From assembly GCA_001938485.1 (NCBI GenBank), contig MQRK01236006.1, forward strand, positions 17,797-81,796: a stretch of 64,000 nt of DNA. The letters run 5' to 3'. This DNA comes from Girardia tigrina. Lineage: Eukaryota. This document shows positions 50,615 to 64,000 of this stretch, one piece after another; within the stretch, counting starts at the first letter, position 1, and each line of letters opens with the position of its first letter. The translations under genes and the position numbers were made by a program. Below the pieces are notes generated by a model that saw nothing but the letters and a program-made list of their open reading frames with translations, ran no database searches and had not been told where the DNA came from.

Positions 50615-51024
50615 AAGTAGAATTGTTATTACAACAATTATTCAAACTACTTTCGCTATTCGACATTCTTTCTTAATTAATATATTTCTGTCATCATAGT
50701 TTCATTGAAAATAAGTGGAAAAATCAATTTAAAATTAATTATTTATCAAAACTCTTATTGGTTAAAATTATATTTATACATTTTTTCCAATAAAATATTA
50801 AATTTTTAAATTACATTATAAAAATTAAATATTATATATAAATATTTAAAAATTGCATTTGAAAAATATTTTAAATATTTTTACTTTAAAATTAAATTAA
50901 ATTATTTTTAATTAGTAGGAATCAAAGAAAATATTAATCATCCATCTGTATAGGAGAGGTACAATCCGAATCAACACACAACATTCAAAATATAAAATAA
51001 CAAACAATTCAGATATTCCTCACA
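50615..51024. repeat. TGTGAGGAAT-type LTR-like repeat
   Basis: Ends GATATTCCTCACA; inverse homolog of 16765-17155. Confidence 0.65.
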
Positions 51025-51354
51025 AACACCTCAAAAGTACTTAGGAAAGACCAATACGAAATTATTAGAAACCGAAAACTCAAATTGTGAGAACACTCAA
51101 ATGACTTCATTAAATATTTATTATTCAATCTTTATCAATTATTTTTATTTTTCATTTTTACTGAGATAATTTGAGATTTGAAATATTTCAATTTTTAAAT
51201 AATTAACATTGTTCTACACAAATCCAAATGTATTCAGACACGTAAGATACTTTTTATTACGAAATTCAAATTATTAATAATAATTACTTATTTATTACAA
51301 ATTATTAATAATTACCTTATGAAGACTGAACAGACGAAATAGGAATATGATCAA

Positions 51355-51585
51355 TAGGGCAACCAAAATTATGCGCATATTTTCAAGTGAAATGTGCACA
51401 ATGTTTTGCAAAAATATGCATTTTATACGAAATATACAAAATAATATACAAAAATACGCAAAGACTAATTTAATGTAAACATATTGCCCTTTTATTACTA
51501 ACAAGATATTTATTTATGTATGCAAAATATGCATATTTTGACCAAAAAACAGAAAATAAGCAAAATATGCATTTTGGGTGCCCTA
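51355..51585. mobile_element. hAT-type MITE
   Basis: TAGGGCAACCAAAAT / ATTTTGGGTGCCCTA TIRs; 8-bp TSD ATGATCAA/ATGATCAG. Confidence 0.7.
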
Positions 51586-51594
51586 ATGATCAGT

Positions 51595-52520
51595 TATCAG
51601 TATCACGAAAATTTTTAAGAGCCTTTACGAAGACGCAAAGACAAAAGTGTTGACAAGTGAGCAATTTAGCGACTGGTTTAAATCATCAGTAGGAGTAAGA
51701 CAAGTTTGCATTCTTTCATCAACACTGTTCAATTTTTTTTCTTGAGAGAATTGTTATGGAAGCAATAGACGATCTAGACGATGTTGGAATAAGCGGCGGA
51801 GGAACAAGAATAACCAACCTACGATTTGCTGATGACATAGACCTGATCGGCGAAGATGAGGTAGAGATTCAGGAACTTACGAACAGATTACACAAAACGT
51901 CAGACAAATTTTGAATGGAAATCAACAGACAAAAAAAACAAAATAATGGTTTCAGAAAACCATAACAACGAGGTTAAACTGGAGATTTTCATTGAAGGGG
52001 AAAGGCTGGAACAAGTTAATAGTTTGAAATATTTAGGCTTTACTATCACAGAGAATGGGGGAAGCGAAAAAGAAATCAGAAACCGGATTGGTATATCAAC
52101 GAGCGCAATGATTAAATTCAGCACAGTTTTTAACCTCAAAGAAATCAATCTCAAGAGCAGATTAAAGATCACTAAGGCTATTGTCTGGACAACACTCCTC
52201 TATGGATGCGAGATTTGGACAATAAATTAGAAGAGTATGGATAGAAGTAAGGCGTTTGAAATGAAGTGCTACAGGAGAATGCTGAAGATCACGTGGAAAG
52301 AAAAGAAGACAAATGACTTTGTTTGGAGGAGAGTGACAGAAATACTAGGTAAAAGACCGGAATGAATAGAAGAGAAGGAAGCTGAAATTCTACGGCCATC
52401 AAATGAGAAAACAAGCACTAGCAAAGATTATGATTGAGGGAAGAGTGGAAGGAGAAAGACCAAGAAGAAGACCAAAGAAGCAATGGATGGACGATTTAAA
52501 AGAATGGACTGGTGTCAGAA
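51595..52520 (+). mobile_element. RTE-clade LINE, RT and C-terminal fragment
   Basis: GVRQVCILSSTLFN, INNLRFADDIDL, KYLG, LLYGCEIWT, FEMKCYRRMLKITW, EGRVEGERPRRRPKKQWMDDLKEWTG; several stops and frameshifts. Confidence 0.9.
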
Positions 52521-53559
52521 ATGGTGTTTGAGTATACGTTGTATATTGCAATATAGAAAAGTTATAGCGTTCTGGTAGCCGACAGTAATGATTTTTATCA
52601 TATTATAACAAATGGAGATAATAATTCTCGATTCTGTACACAATAGATCACGAAGAGAAATTGTAGATTAGAAAATATACAGTGAGACTTATAATCTAAT
52701 TTATAATTTTCATTATCGAATTCTGAATTATCAATGGACAATTCAGTTACAAGGGTCCTTGCAAAAGTGATTAAAATACGTAATTAATTAATCTTTTAGT
52801 ATACAAACGTTTTGACGTGACAACGTTTTCAAATGATATCAAGATGTTTAAATGTTTTTTTAAGCTTCTTATTAAAAAAATAAAATTATTAAAATGAATT
52901 TTATGAAAACATTACAAGACAATGATGAAATATTCATAAAAATAAATAGATAAAAATATACAGAAAGTGTATTACTTTTTTCGATGTTTTGCACAAAATC
53001 ACGTTGATTTCCAAGAAATGTTAATTTTTTTTAATCGTTAGCAATGACTTTTGAGCAGTTTTGTAGCAATTCATTCTCCAAGTTTTTTATGATGTCTTGG
53101 TGGTTTCAGAAGTGCTGGTCTTGAAGAGCGATATGCATTGATAGGAAAATATATCCAAATTGCCACAAACTTGTAAATAGATTACTTGTTTTGCAACATG
53201 TTGCCTATAATAGTCTTGTTTTTTATTCAATGTATCATTTATATCTTTAAACTGTTACTGTAACATTTAGCAGAAATAAATTCTTTCGCTTTTAGCAGCT
53301 TATAGTTAATCCCTCCTTAAATAAATATTTCGTTTTGTTGTTGATATGGATAGTTCGCCTGGATGAACCTTTAATTTTCTGAGTTTAGAGTTGTTGTAGA
53401 AAATCTAATTTTCATTTCTAGTTACAATTTGATGCAAAAACATTTATCGTCGGTGTATTGCAAGCAAAGAAGCGCAATCTATTGAGCAATTTTAAATCTC
53501 GTCTTTAGTCAGTTTATGTTATTATAACGATTCTTCTTTGAATCCTTTCCAAAGCATTT

Positions 53560-53739
53560 AAACGTTTGCTTATGGCTTCTTGAGAAGTTGTTTCCTGTTT
53601 GAGTACATCATAATTTTTATACATATTCATCAAACGTTTCTTGACGAAGAAGAAAACTTTCAGAAGCTTTTTTCTTTTGATTAAAGCAAAATAGTAATGC
53701 TTCCCGCATACGGTGTTTTGTTGGTATGAAGGTCAACAT
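53560..53739 (-). mobile_element. Mariner (Mos1-like) N-terminal fragment
   Basis: MLTFIPTKHRMREALLFCFNQKKKASESF resembles the Mos1 N-terminus. Confidence 0.65.
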
Positions 53740-54699
53740 GTTTAAACGGAATTAAATATTATAATATTTACGCTTTCACGAATAATTAATTTATTTTGTG
53801 ATTTATTGTAAATAACTTATTGCTTAGAAATTCAACAATTGTAAGTTGGTTAAATGTTATTGTAAAAAAATGTTTATTATCCAAGCGACACCGTCTTTTG
53901 GAAAATCCAAAAAAACTAAATTATATATTTAATATAAGAGTTGTAACAAAAATAAATATTGTACAATGTCTTTAGTCTTTATAAAAATAAAAATCGTTTG
54001 TAGATAAGATATAAATTTGGTCAAATTGTCTTGTGCTGTATTGGTATAATAATAATGTTGTATTTTATTAATAAATCTCACGCAGGTCATTCATTAAAGT
54101 ACAAAATAAAATATAAATAATATCATTGGAAAACAATATCTCTCTAGCGTGTCATCCCTCAATGAGTTTAATCGGTTATGATTATCATTATATTTAAGAT
54201 TTCGTGGAGATGTATTACAGTTCGAGAAGAAAATATAAAGAGTCTGAATTTATGAGTGAAGTGCTCTCTAAATCGTTATTTATAGCTGCCAAAAAGAGCC
54301 ATTATTATAATTAATTAAGAGTATTTTGTCTTAATAAAAATATTAAAAATACGCTACTAAAAATAATAGTATTAAATAAATTTAAAAAATTAATTATTTT
54401 TACTTTCTACATATAATTATTTATTTATTTATATTACTGTTTATTTCTTACCCTATTCTTATTTTTTTGTACTTGTGGAGTTTGTTGGAATTCAATGTAA
54501 TCGATCGTTTATTGTTTGTCATCGATTTTGTTAATTAAGATAAATGAAGGATTTTCCATCATTGTTTTAAATTAATATGGTCGTAGTTTTTGATTATAAC
54601 ATTTCATTTGTAATAAGGAACAACAGTATTATCAGGTCGTCAAGTATTAAATTTGTATAACTAAAGTTGAAGATTATTGATAATTTACCAATACAAATA

Positions 54700-55110
54700 T
54701 TTTTATCATTCATCAAAGCATGCACCCATATTATCGACACACTTTTGTCAATTGAGCGTCAGCTAGTTGAAGAAATTGGAATAAAAATTGATTGGCTGAA
54801 AATCTATAAATGATTAAAAGGCTATTTTGATGGCATCTTTGAAATTGAATTTTTTCCCATCGAAAAATTCAAATTGAGGAGGAAATAGTAGGTAGTTGGG
54901 GCTAGGTCTAATGTGTATGGAGGATTATACAGAAGTTCAAATTCAGGTTCCTGTAGTTTTGTCACAATCTAAAATGCAGTATGAGGTTTTGCATTGTCGT
55001 ATAGCAAGATGGGAGTTCAACTATTTACCAATCAAGGTTGATTTTCTTTGAATTTCCATATCATATCTTTCAATTGATTTGACACAAATAATCTAATATT
55101 GTTGGAAAAG
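54700..55110 (-). mobile_element. Mariner C-terminal fragment
   Basis: LLYDNAKPHTA...LLYNPPYTLDLAPTTYYF. Confidence 0.7.
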
Positions 55111-56472
55111 AAACGTCATATCATGTTGCTAATTCAGTGTATTACTTTACACGGTTAATATATAGAAGAGAAAGCTAGTAGTATTTTTTTGTTCGTTAAT
55201 AAGGTAAACATTCTTTAATATAAGTTTGACTGATTAATAAAAATGAACAATATTTTAGAACGATTACTATATTATAAAATAACAAATTGTCCCACTTGTC
55301 ATAAATGTATGCATGTAAATTTTAAATTGTTTTTGTAATGGAAAATAAGAGCGAGTGGATTTCTATCTTCCATTAACTAAATAAATTAAATAACACAAAA
55401 TATTCTGGAAAAATTTATTGTTTAATTAGATCAACATAAGTTTATTTCAGGATGGTTGGCATTAGTGGTTTGAAATAAATAGATTGTTCTCTTTAGCTCC
55501 AAATCAGTAACAAGTACCATTCTGTACCAGTAAAAATGTGTCAACTGATATCATCAACATGAGATTTGCTGAACAAATGTCGATTCCATGTTCAGACTGC
55601 TACTAAACATTCATCGGGTGAAACTCACTATGCGAGTGGTTTAAGTGTCGGCAGTTTGACGGAAATTCGTCGGCGAGAGTGCCAAGTGTGACTTTCCAGT
55701 GAATTAATTGTGAATTAAATGTGAATTTCCAGTATCGACTAAACGAGAAAACCCGATAAATGATTAATGATCCGGTTGGATGCGTCGCAGCTGTTATGGA
55801 AATCGATTTGTTGGTTTTCTACATACGACAAAATCCGTTGACATTGACTAGTACCGTATACCTACATACTAGTTTGGAACGGTAGGAATCTATTATTTCG
55901 ACCTATGGTCGATGTATTATGTGCTTGCATAACGGTACATATAATAACATGCATAAAAATAACATTGCCGTACTTTAAACAAAATATACTCCCTTGTTAC
56001 AGGAAATGAAAGACTGATTAATTAAGTCAAATTCTAGATAAAAGTTACACATAAAAATTCGAATTATCGGTAAGACAGTTAAAATAAATAATCATAATAA
56101 ACCGAGTCTTGTGATATTTGTAAGGTAGTCAATCGATTCACAGATAGATGACACAACTGCAAGTTATCACAGGATCTGATATGGAATTCTCTCTTTGAAT
56201 TTGACAAATTCTGACGGATTGTGTCACGTTAAACCAACCAATTTTGTCCAATACGACACTAATGCGATCCGAATCTGAGGGTTTCCGACGTTGTATTTTG
56301 GATAAACAACACGTCATTTTCAGCACATCGCATTTACATTTCCTCGTGCAATGGAAACAACTGATTTTATCCATTAAAAATGCGATGCGAAATGATTCTG
56401 GAGATATTCATTAACTACTTGGATTGACTACGACTTGGATTTAATTCCATTTATTTTTTTTAAATCAATAAA

Positions 56473-56475
<3 letters not shown>

Positions 56476-56510
<35 letters not shown>
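56476..56510. repeat. (TA)n microsatellite
   Basis: Direct reading. Confidence 0.95.
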
Positions 56511-56511
<1 letters not shown>

Positions 56512-56546
56512 TAATAAAAATGTAGAATCACTACAGTTTTCATGTG

Positions 56547-56693
56547 TATACCGAAACCTGTTTTATGCGATTTTTTTATCTGTGCAATTTTTGTGCGAAC
56601 TCATACGCAACGCACATTTATGAGATCGCATAAAGAAAATCTCACAAAAAATTCGCACAAATAAAAAATCGCATAAAAACAAGTTTGAGTGTA
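56547..56693. mobile_element. Small palindromic TA-flanked MITE
   Basis: AAACCTGTTTTATGCGATTTTTT...TGTGC versus GCACAAATAAAAAATCGCATAAAAACAAGTTT. Confidence 0.6.
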
Positions 56694-56709
56694 GACGATT
56701 TCTCAGAAT

Positions 56710-57330
56710 AATGATGTCGGGCTAAAAATATTCTTTGCAAATCCATTGTTCTTGCTTGGGATATTTACTTATTTTTTCTTTAATTCATTGTTCTTATTGT
56801 ATTCTAAAAAATCCGAAATGAGCTAGTAGTTAATATTGCGACAGACAATTTCATACTTTTTAAATTTATTTATTTTTTTAATAATTTCTTTATCATCGTT
56901 GATAAATACGTGAAATGTAAATATGGGAATTATAAATTTGATATAAATAAAAAATAAGAAAATTTTTTATTTGTGGAACTTTATAAACACTAAGATCTTC
57001 AATTCATCAAAATTAACGTTTATTTTAAATTTTCTACGTGGTTTATTTCCAAGCCCAAAATCTCCAGAACGGAATTTCGTAAACCAACGACACACTTTGT
57101 TTGGTTAGGGTTGTTTTTACCAAACAATTCTAACAGGTTACGACCTGTTTGAGCTGAATTAGTTCCTTTGCGAAACTCATATTCCAAAACTACATGAATT
57201 TTCGACTTTTCCATAGTTCTAAAAATATTGATTTAAGGAATGAAGTTTAAAAACAGTTAAGAGCTCAATGTGGGTTGAAAAGAGTAATGATGTACCTTTA
57301 GAAAAAATAAAACTCCAAATTTGTCATTAC
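56710..57330 (-). mobile_element. Mariner N-terminal fragment interrupted by a 213-bp repeat
   Basis: MEKSKIHVVLEYEFRKGTNSAQT...WFTKFRSGDF; the reading resumes NNELKK beyond 56793. Confidence 0.7.
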
Positions 57331-58786
57331 AAAATGGGAGAAATATTTTTATTCTTAAATTCATTAATTAACAAATCTATGCATTTCATAACATTTGAAT
57401 TTCATAATGTATATTAAATTGTATATTTGAAATACAGTATATATATAATAATAGAATGAGAAATGATTGTATAATCTCTTTTTGTTTTTTAATGATAAAG
57501 AATAAAATAAAATTCATTTTATATAGCAGGAAAAGAAAAACGTTTTTTAGAATAAAAAATAGAAAAAAAGCAATAAAATAAAATTAATATAATTTTTTTT
57601 TAGAGATTATTTAGACTCTTCTCTTAATGAATAAAGGGAAACATACCTTTTTTAAATCGTTAATGTAAAAATGAATTTTTTGAACGTAAAATAATTTATA
57701 ATTTGAGAATAATTCTAGTAAAATTGGTCCCATTATATTTTAATCAAATTTACTTAAATTTATAGGAAATAACTTCATCATTTTGTATTTTAAAAAAGAT
57801 TTAGCAAAATTTAAAAATCAATAAAATAAATTTTAAACATATTTTCTTTATAAAATATTAACTTGTATTTGTCAAATAAACAATTTTATAAATATTCTTT
57901 TCCATTCTTTCCATTATATAAATGGAATTTAGAAACCTATTTTTAAAGGCTTTTTACTTAATCAATTTTCATCAAACTTTGCAAATTTACTCATTCTCGA
58001 TGACAATAAATGATAATGGGAAAATTTAATCAAACTAGTAAACATTTTACGATTTCCCACAAATGTTTAAACTGTATTACATAGAAATGTTTGGTTTTTT
58101 TTCTTTCCATGCTTTACAATAAATTTATTATGTTATTAATAACTTTTTAATTGCAAAATGGAGTTGTAAATTTTTTTGTATGAAATTTTCCTTTCTACAA
58201 AAGATACCAAAAGATTCTGTTGGTCAAGTAGAGTTCAGTCCGCATAAAGAATTGGTATGAAAAATTTTTTTGATTTACTAGCTAAATTATTAAGAAATAG
58301 TTTTAATAGAAAATTTATTAAGACAACTAAGGAATAATTATAAGTAAAATGTACGTAGATAACGAAGGTAAAAAAGAACAATGTTGAGTAATATCTAATA
58401 AATAAACCCTAAAGGAAGATTTCATAGTTTACACGAAAAGCATTCTAATCATGACCTGATGCATCCCTTCCAATAAAGTTTACATTTTCCAAAACCAACA
58501 TGAAACAATGAAGAAATTTTGTACGAAATCTATTTAACCTAAATTTTTGGTAGTATTTTAAATTTATTTATTTGAATTGAAGATCTTAGTGTTTATAAAG
58601 TCCCGCAAATAAAAAATTTTCTTATTTTTTTATTTATATCAAATTTATAATTCCCATATTTACATTTCACGTATTTATCAACTTTGATAAAGAAATCATT
58701 AAAAAAATAAATAAATTTAAAAAGTATGAAATTGTCTGTTGCAATATTAACCACTAGCTCATTTCGGATTTTTTAGAATACAATAA
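56794..58786. repeat. Two highly similar ~213-bp repeats in inverted orientation (56794-57006 and 58573-58786)
   Basis: Direct reverse-complement match with few substitutions. Confidence 0.85.
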
Positions 58787-59145
58787 TATAAAATAAAATA
58801 TTCAAAATCTTTTTTCTACCAAAATTCTCTAAAATATTTTATTTAAACTGGTAATTGAACTTAATAAACTTTTTTCTAAATTCAAGTGAGGTTGTCAGTC
58901 TTTCAGCGTCCATCTCCATGTTTTCAACATTAGGAGTTCTTTCTTTCAGAATGAGAGTCTTTCTTTTTTCCATTCGATTATTCTCGTTTAAAACTACTCA
59001 TCACGCAATTTCAATATATGCGTTAAATCATCGTTCTGTTAAAGTTTCAGTAATATTGCTGTAGTGACCAACAAAACTTCCATAATCACTAAATAAAATT
59101 TTTTTCATAAATATATTTTTCATTCACCTGAATTAGTTTATCTTT

Positions 59146-59585
59146 TATAAGGAATATTTTGAATGTTTGATGTTTTGTGTTTGATGTTCTGTGTTGATTT
59201 GGAATTGTGTCTCTCCTTCTCAGATGGATGATTAATATTTGAATTCTTATTATCTAAAAATATACAATGCTTAAATTTGTTTCTAATTTAAAATGATTGT
59301 AAAATTTTAAATATGTTAAATAATTTTATTTACAATTTTAAATAAATAAATTGAAATAATATTTTTAAAACAATTAATAATCATTTAAATTTTAACCAAT
59401 GAAATTTTGAATAAATATTTTAACAATTATTTATTTCTCCATTTGCTAAAAATAATAAGATTAAAGTCATAAATTAATTTAGTTAGAATGCACTCGTACG
59501 AAAACTTTGACGAAGATTGTCTTAAGGACAATCAAACTTGTTGTGTTAATAAAAATATGAAGTCCGATTGGTGTTCTTAATGCAC
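59146..59585. repeat. TGTGAGGAAT-type LTR-like repeat
   Basis: Inverse homolog of 35565-36010. Confidence 0.65.
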
Positions 59586-60695
59586 ACCGAATTACAAAAA
59601 AATAATCAAAATAACAAATAAAAATATTCCAGTCAAATTTAAATAAAAAAAATTGTTGTCTAAATGAAATAAAATTTTTTAAATGGGGTCCGCGTTTTTT
59701 AAATGTTGATAAATTTTAATCGATGAACAGTAGTTCTCATTATCATTATCCTAAACGTGTGGCAAACGAAAGTCCGCAATTTGATGAGGTCGGAGTTACC
59801 GTTCCAACTCAACTCCTTCATGAATGAAAATCTGAGTTGAGTGACAACAACAATGGCTCTCATTATTGAACCAATAAGTTCAAGAGACTTCAAAGATCCA
59901 ATCTTAGCAAATATGTATTTCTTGTAACTTAATTTTTAGGTTTTGATTCAACGTTTAAAATATAAGCAATTTATAGTATCAATTCTGTTTCCTTACATTG
60001 GACTTGAATATGGTCGGGGAGTATGATTATAATTGAATTTCCTGGAATATTCTTATGTTATTATACTTTCATCAAAATGGCCAAAGTAACTCCTTATTCA
60101 GATTTTGGGTTGGTATTCTAGCAGCAAATTAAAAGACTGAACTCAAGAAATATTGAAGCAAATCCTTACTCCTGATTCCTTTGAAGAAAATAAACTAATA
60201 GTAATGTTTCCTAGAGAGCACATAAAAAGTTTCTTTCATTTATTTAACTTTCATTTATATAAGTTTTTGTTTTAGTTATAAATTTGTAGTCTCTGAAGTC
60301 CTCTAAGTACACTTTGATATGAATATGCTTGTTAACTGACAATAAAAGAAACTTATTTACAAATGTCGAAGCATAATTGATATTTATTTTGATAAAGAGA
60401 AGTAGTTCATGTTGTAGAAACACTCAATCGAATTTTAACAAAAAATAAATGGGGATATTGTATTTATGAAAACAAAAGTCTATTTTTAATTTTATTAATA
60501 GTTTTTATAAAAGAAAACAACTTTAAAATTATATATACAATATAAATGTAACAAAAAAGAAATTAGAAAACTTCAAACAAAGTAAATGACTATGATATTT
60601 GACAGTGAAAATAAATAATAATTAATTATTTTTGATATTGAAAATTAACTCACTAAAAATTAAAATAAATAAATAATATTTTTATAATTTATTAA

Positions 60696-61768
60696 CCCTT
60701 AAAAACATATTGTTGCAAATTTGCAGCATTCCTGTTTTACTTAATTTTATCAAAATTCCTGCATGTGTACGCTACCAAATACGTGTTTATGACTGTTGTG
60801 GACAATGCCACCGATCGACCGCATGCTAAAATGCGACAGCGCAATATCTGCTCGTCGATCAATAAAGATTACCATATTTCGGTGGCGTTCATACTTTCGA
60901 AGGGTCGCCACCATANNNNNNNNNNNNNNNNNNNNNNNNNNNNNNNNNNNNNNNNNNNNNNNNNNNNNNNNNNNNNNNNNNNNNNNNNNNNNNNNNNNNN
61001 NNNNNNNNNNNNNNNNNNNNNNNNNNNNNNNNNNNNNNNNNNNNNNNNNNNNNNNNNNNNNNNNNNNNNNNNNNNNNNNNNNNNNNNNNNNNNNNNNNNN
61101 NNNNNNNNNNNNNNNNNNNNNNNNNNNNNNNNNNNNNNNNNNNNNNNNNNNNNNNNNNNNNNNNNNNNNNNNNNNNNNNNNNNNNNNNNNNNNNNNNNNN
61201 NNNNNNNNNNNNNNNNNNNNNNNNNNNNNNNNNNNNNNNNNNNNNNNNNNNNNNNNNNNNNNNNNNNNNNNNNNNNNNNNNNNNNNNNNNNNNNNNNNNN
61301 NNNNNTTTTTCAAAAAGATTTATTATTTAGCAATGCAAGAATGATAAGTTTTAAATTGGTGGTTAATGAAATCAGTTGTTTGGTGCGGTAAAACAAATTC
61401 TGCTAATTATAATCATCATCGAAAATATTTCGTTAGATTCTTAAAATAAAGACCGAATGTTTTTTTAAAATGCGCATCTGAATTTTTCAGTTTTAAAAAT
61501 TTCAGGGGTCGCAAATCCAATTAAGAAATTTTTTCAAAATTAAAAATTAAAAATTAAAAAATTAAATTAAATATCACATTAAAAAACTCTTAATTGGTTG
61601 CTACTGCTGATGCGATTTAATGAACACTACAATGACCATAGGCAATAAAATATCTGTGAATAAAAACATTTGACATTATTTTTGCCGGATTAGGGTTTAC
61701 ATGCTCAATGACTCCTTTCCTTTATAAGTCAATTTTTTATTAAAAACAAAAAACCATACATTTAAGGG
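60696..61768. mobile_element. piggyBac-type non-autonomous element (spans an N-gap)
   Basis: TTAA|CCCTTAAA...TTTAAGGG|TTAA; subterminal palindrome TGTTGCAAATTTGCAGCA. Confidence 0.6.
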
Positions 61769-61783
61769 TTAAAGTCAAAACAA

Positions 61784-62295
61784 ACTAGTAAATTATAAAA
61801 ATTATTTTTTTAATATCCACTCTTTTTGTAGACAGAACTCTACTTTGTCAACAAAGTTTTTAAAATTTAAAACATTCTAATTAAAAAAACACAATAAAAA
61901 TTAACGGGTGCCACAGAGATGTATTAACAGGTGCCACAGAAAAATGTTTTTGGAAGACTATGTCGTGGATGAAGATTCGTTAGATGACTAATCTGGTGGG
62001 GATGAAATGGCATGATAATTATTAAAAAAATAATAATTATTATTTTGTTTGAATAATTAGAAAATCATGTGATAAAATATTTTGAAAATACACGTTTTTA
62101 AAATTTGTTATTTTCTCTTTTTACAGTTGATTACAGTGATCTGAAAATTTACATTCACACTCATTCTCTACGACAATAAAATATACTAGTAAATTAAAAA
62201 TTAAAATTTTTATATCCACTCTTTATGCAGACAGAACTCTACTTTGCCAACAAAGTTTTTAAAATTTAAAAAATTTTAAATAAAAAAACAATAAA
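61784..62295 (+). repeat. ~110-bp direct repeat pair (61784-61900 and 62185-62295)
   Basis: ACTAGTAAATT...ATATCCACTCTTT.TG.AGACAGAACTCTACTTTG.CAACAAAGTTTTTAAAATTTAAAA occurs twice. Confidence 0.8.
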
Positions 62296-63339
62296 AATCA
62301 ATATAAACTACTTATAATTTATAAGTAGATATCTTGCAATTAAGATTGTTCGGGAACTCCGAATTTTCTGCGTTTTTCCCATTTTGGGATCTTAAAAAGT
62401 TTTTTCGATCAAATTTTTACATAATCATTTATTGTCATATATACCTATATAGAAAGTAAGCTAATAAAAAGAATTTATTTCCATCTTTGTGCATTTCTTA
62501 AAATCTCTTTACCTTTCATTGGCTGCATTTGTCTTTTGCATCACTATTTTTATTAGAATTTTAAACTCCTCAAATAATTGCTTTTTTATTTCATTCAACA
62601 AAAATTATACAAACATTAAAAGAGATAAAACTTACAAAACTATATTTAAAAATCAGTTCTATGTTTTTGTTTTATCGATAAATTTTAAAACTTTTCACAG
62701 TTAATTTCCTTTAAAATACCATTATTATTATTATTATTAATATTATTATTATTATTTATATTTTTACAATTATACACATTTTTAAAAGTTTTAATTAAAA
62801 CATTGATATCATAAATTCGAAAACTAATAAGATAAAAATGATTACATATATCAAAAACACTTTTGTCAATTTTTTGTTTTAATTAAGTTAACATTTGTTT
62901 GTATTGTATTATTGATTTTCATTTTAAAACGAAAACCAAACAAAATTAGTTTCGTTTAAATGAAACATGAAATTGTTTTTGGAAAATAATAACGGAAGTA
63001 ATTTTTTGGTGTTTCCCTTCATTCCGGTTGTATAACTAATCTTATTGAAACACAAAAATTTTAGGACAAATTTTAATGGCGTAAATATTTATTAAAACAA
63101 TAACAATATTAATAATAATTGTATTAATAATAATATTAATAATAATTGTTATGGTATATTTATTTATTAAAACAATAAAAAATTAATAATAATTGTAATA
63201 ATAATAAAATTAATAGTATTAATAATAAAAATACGGAGTGTTCGTTTAAATTGAAACTAAATTATAAATTTAAAAATTCTTTTCACACTATTATTATTTA
63301 TACTTACACTTAAACACTGTTAATACATGTGTTAACCAC

Positions 63340-64000
63340 AGGATACACGTTACTCTACTCAATCCAAGATTCCTCAACTGCAATTACAGCTTCGACTCAT
63401 GTATGGAAGAAATTGCAGGCGTTCGAGTTGACATCGACACATATTTGAGCAGCTGTCGATGATAGTAGCCAGGAGCTAATTAACGGTGTTGTGTGTTTAT
63501 TGGACTGTGGTTCTATGATGCTATAGCAGTAATAGTACGATGGTTTGTAATCCGCGCTGCATGGTGGCCAAAATTCATTGAACCAGAACGGATGCAATAC
63601 TGTACAATTTAGCTATTGTGTGTCTGAGCGTCGTCCTGTTGGAAGTCTTATGGCCGGCCAATGGCTATCTTGGACATTCACAGCTCCAAAACGTAGCACA
63701 AGAAGTAAAGATAATATATGAATTAACCATCTACCCATTGACAAGAAAAGTGTGGCACTATCACATCTCTTACTGGAAATGATGAGAAGAACATAAACAG
63801 AGGTCAGATACTTATTCGTACAGACAATGTTCACGTCTTCTGGATCCTTGGTCAAATATTGATCGGTTTTAGCGTTGACGGTAAAAAGTTTTTTATGGCT
63901 GAAAAATCAAAGATGGTCAGCCATTTTGTGCTCCATTGACGACAGTAGCAGGATGAACTACGCCAGTCATCTCTCTTTAGTGGCATCTATTAGTAGCTGA
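63340..64000 (-). mobile_element. Degenerate maT/DD37D-like (Tc1/mariner superfamily) transposase
   Basis: KLFTVNAKTDQYLTKDPEDVNIVCTNKY..VYVLLIISS; FWPPCSADYKPSYYY..S.IE..SN resembles FWPPxSPDLNPLDY. Confidence 0.6.

Noticed and set aside
52950-53550. Possible P-element/THAP9-like transposase C-terminus on the minus strand
   Set aside because: Only scattered C..C and GGL hints; not diagnostic
56138-56374. Cys-rich ORF (ISCFHCTRKCKC) as a CXC-domain gene
   Set aside because: Short, incomplete motif; more likely decayed transposon sequence

Overview
Very AT-rich eukaryotic scaffold with five N-gaps. Composition, repeat content and ~50-nt introns suggest an invertebrate such as a planarian flatworm (inference only). 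Almost all interpretable sequence is nested transposon debris: at least 8 mariner copies or fragments, Tc1/IS630/maT/pogo elements, hAT, MULE, piggyBac- and Merlin-type non-autonomous elements, a decayed Ty3/Gypsy provirus with a 141-bp 3' LTR, RTE and RLE-type LINE fragments, and TG...CA LTR-like repeats. There is one credible host-like ORF (22525-23034, two TM helices). Two signals are missed by the ORF track. (1) Eight minimal type I hammerhead ribozyme motifs (some degenerate) from about four Penelope-like retroelement (PLE) families, with co-varying stems and palindromic stem III. Two pairs sit in inverted fold-back arrangements next to GIY-YIG endonuclease C-termini, and one pair lies at the exact centre of a Merlin-type MITE. 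(2) A 2.83-kb TG...CA insertion with a 4-bp TSD that splits a mariner and carries five consecutive mini-intron signatures on the minus strand with no continuous ORF, suggesting a mobile element encoding a spliced non-coding RNA.
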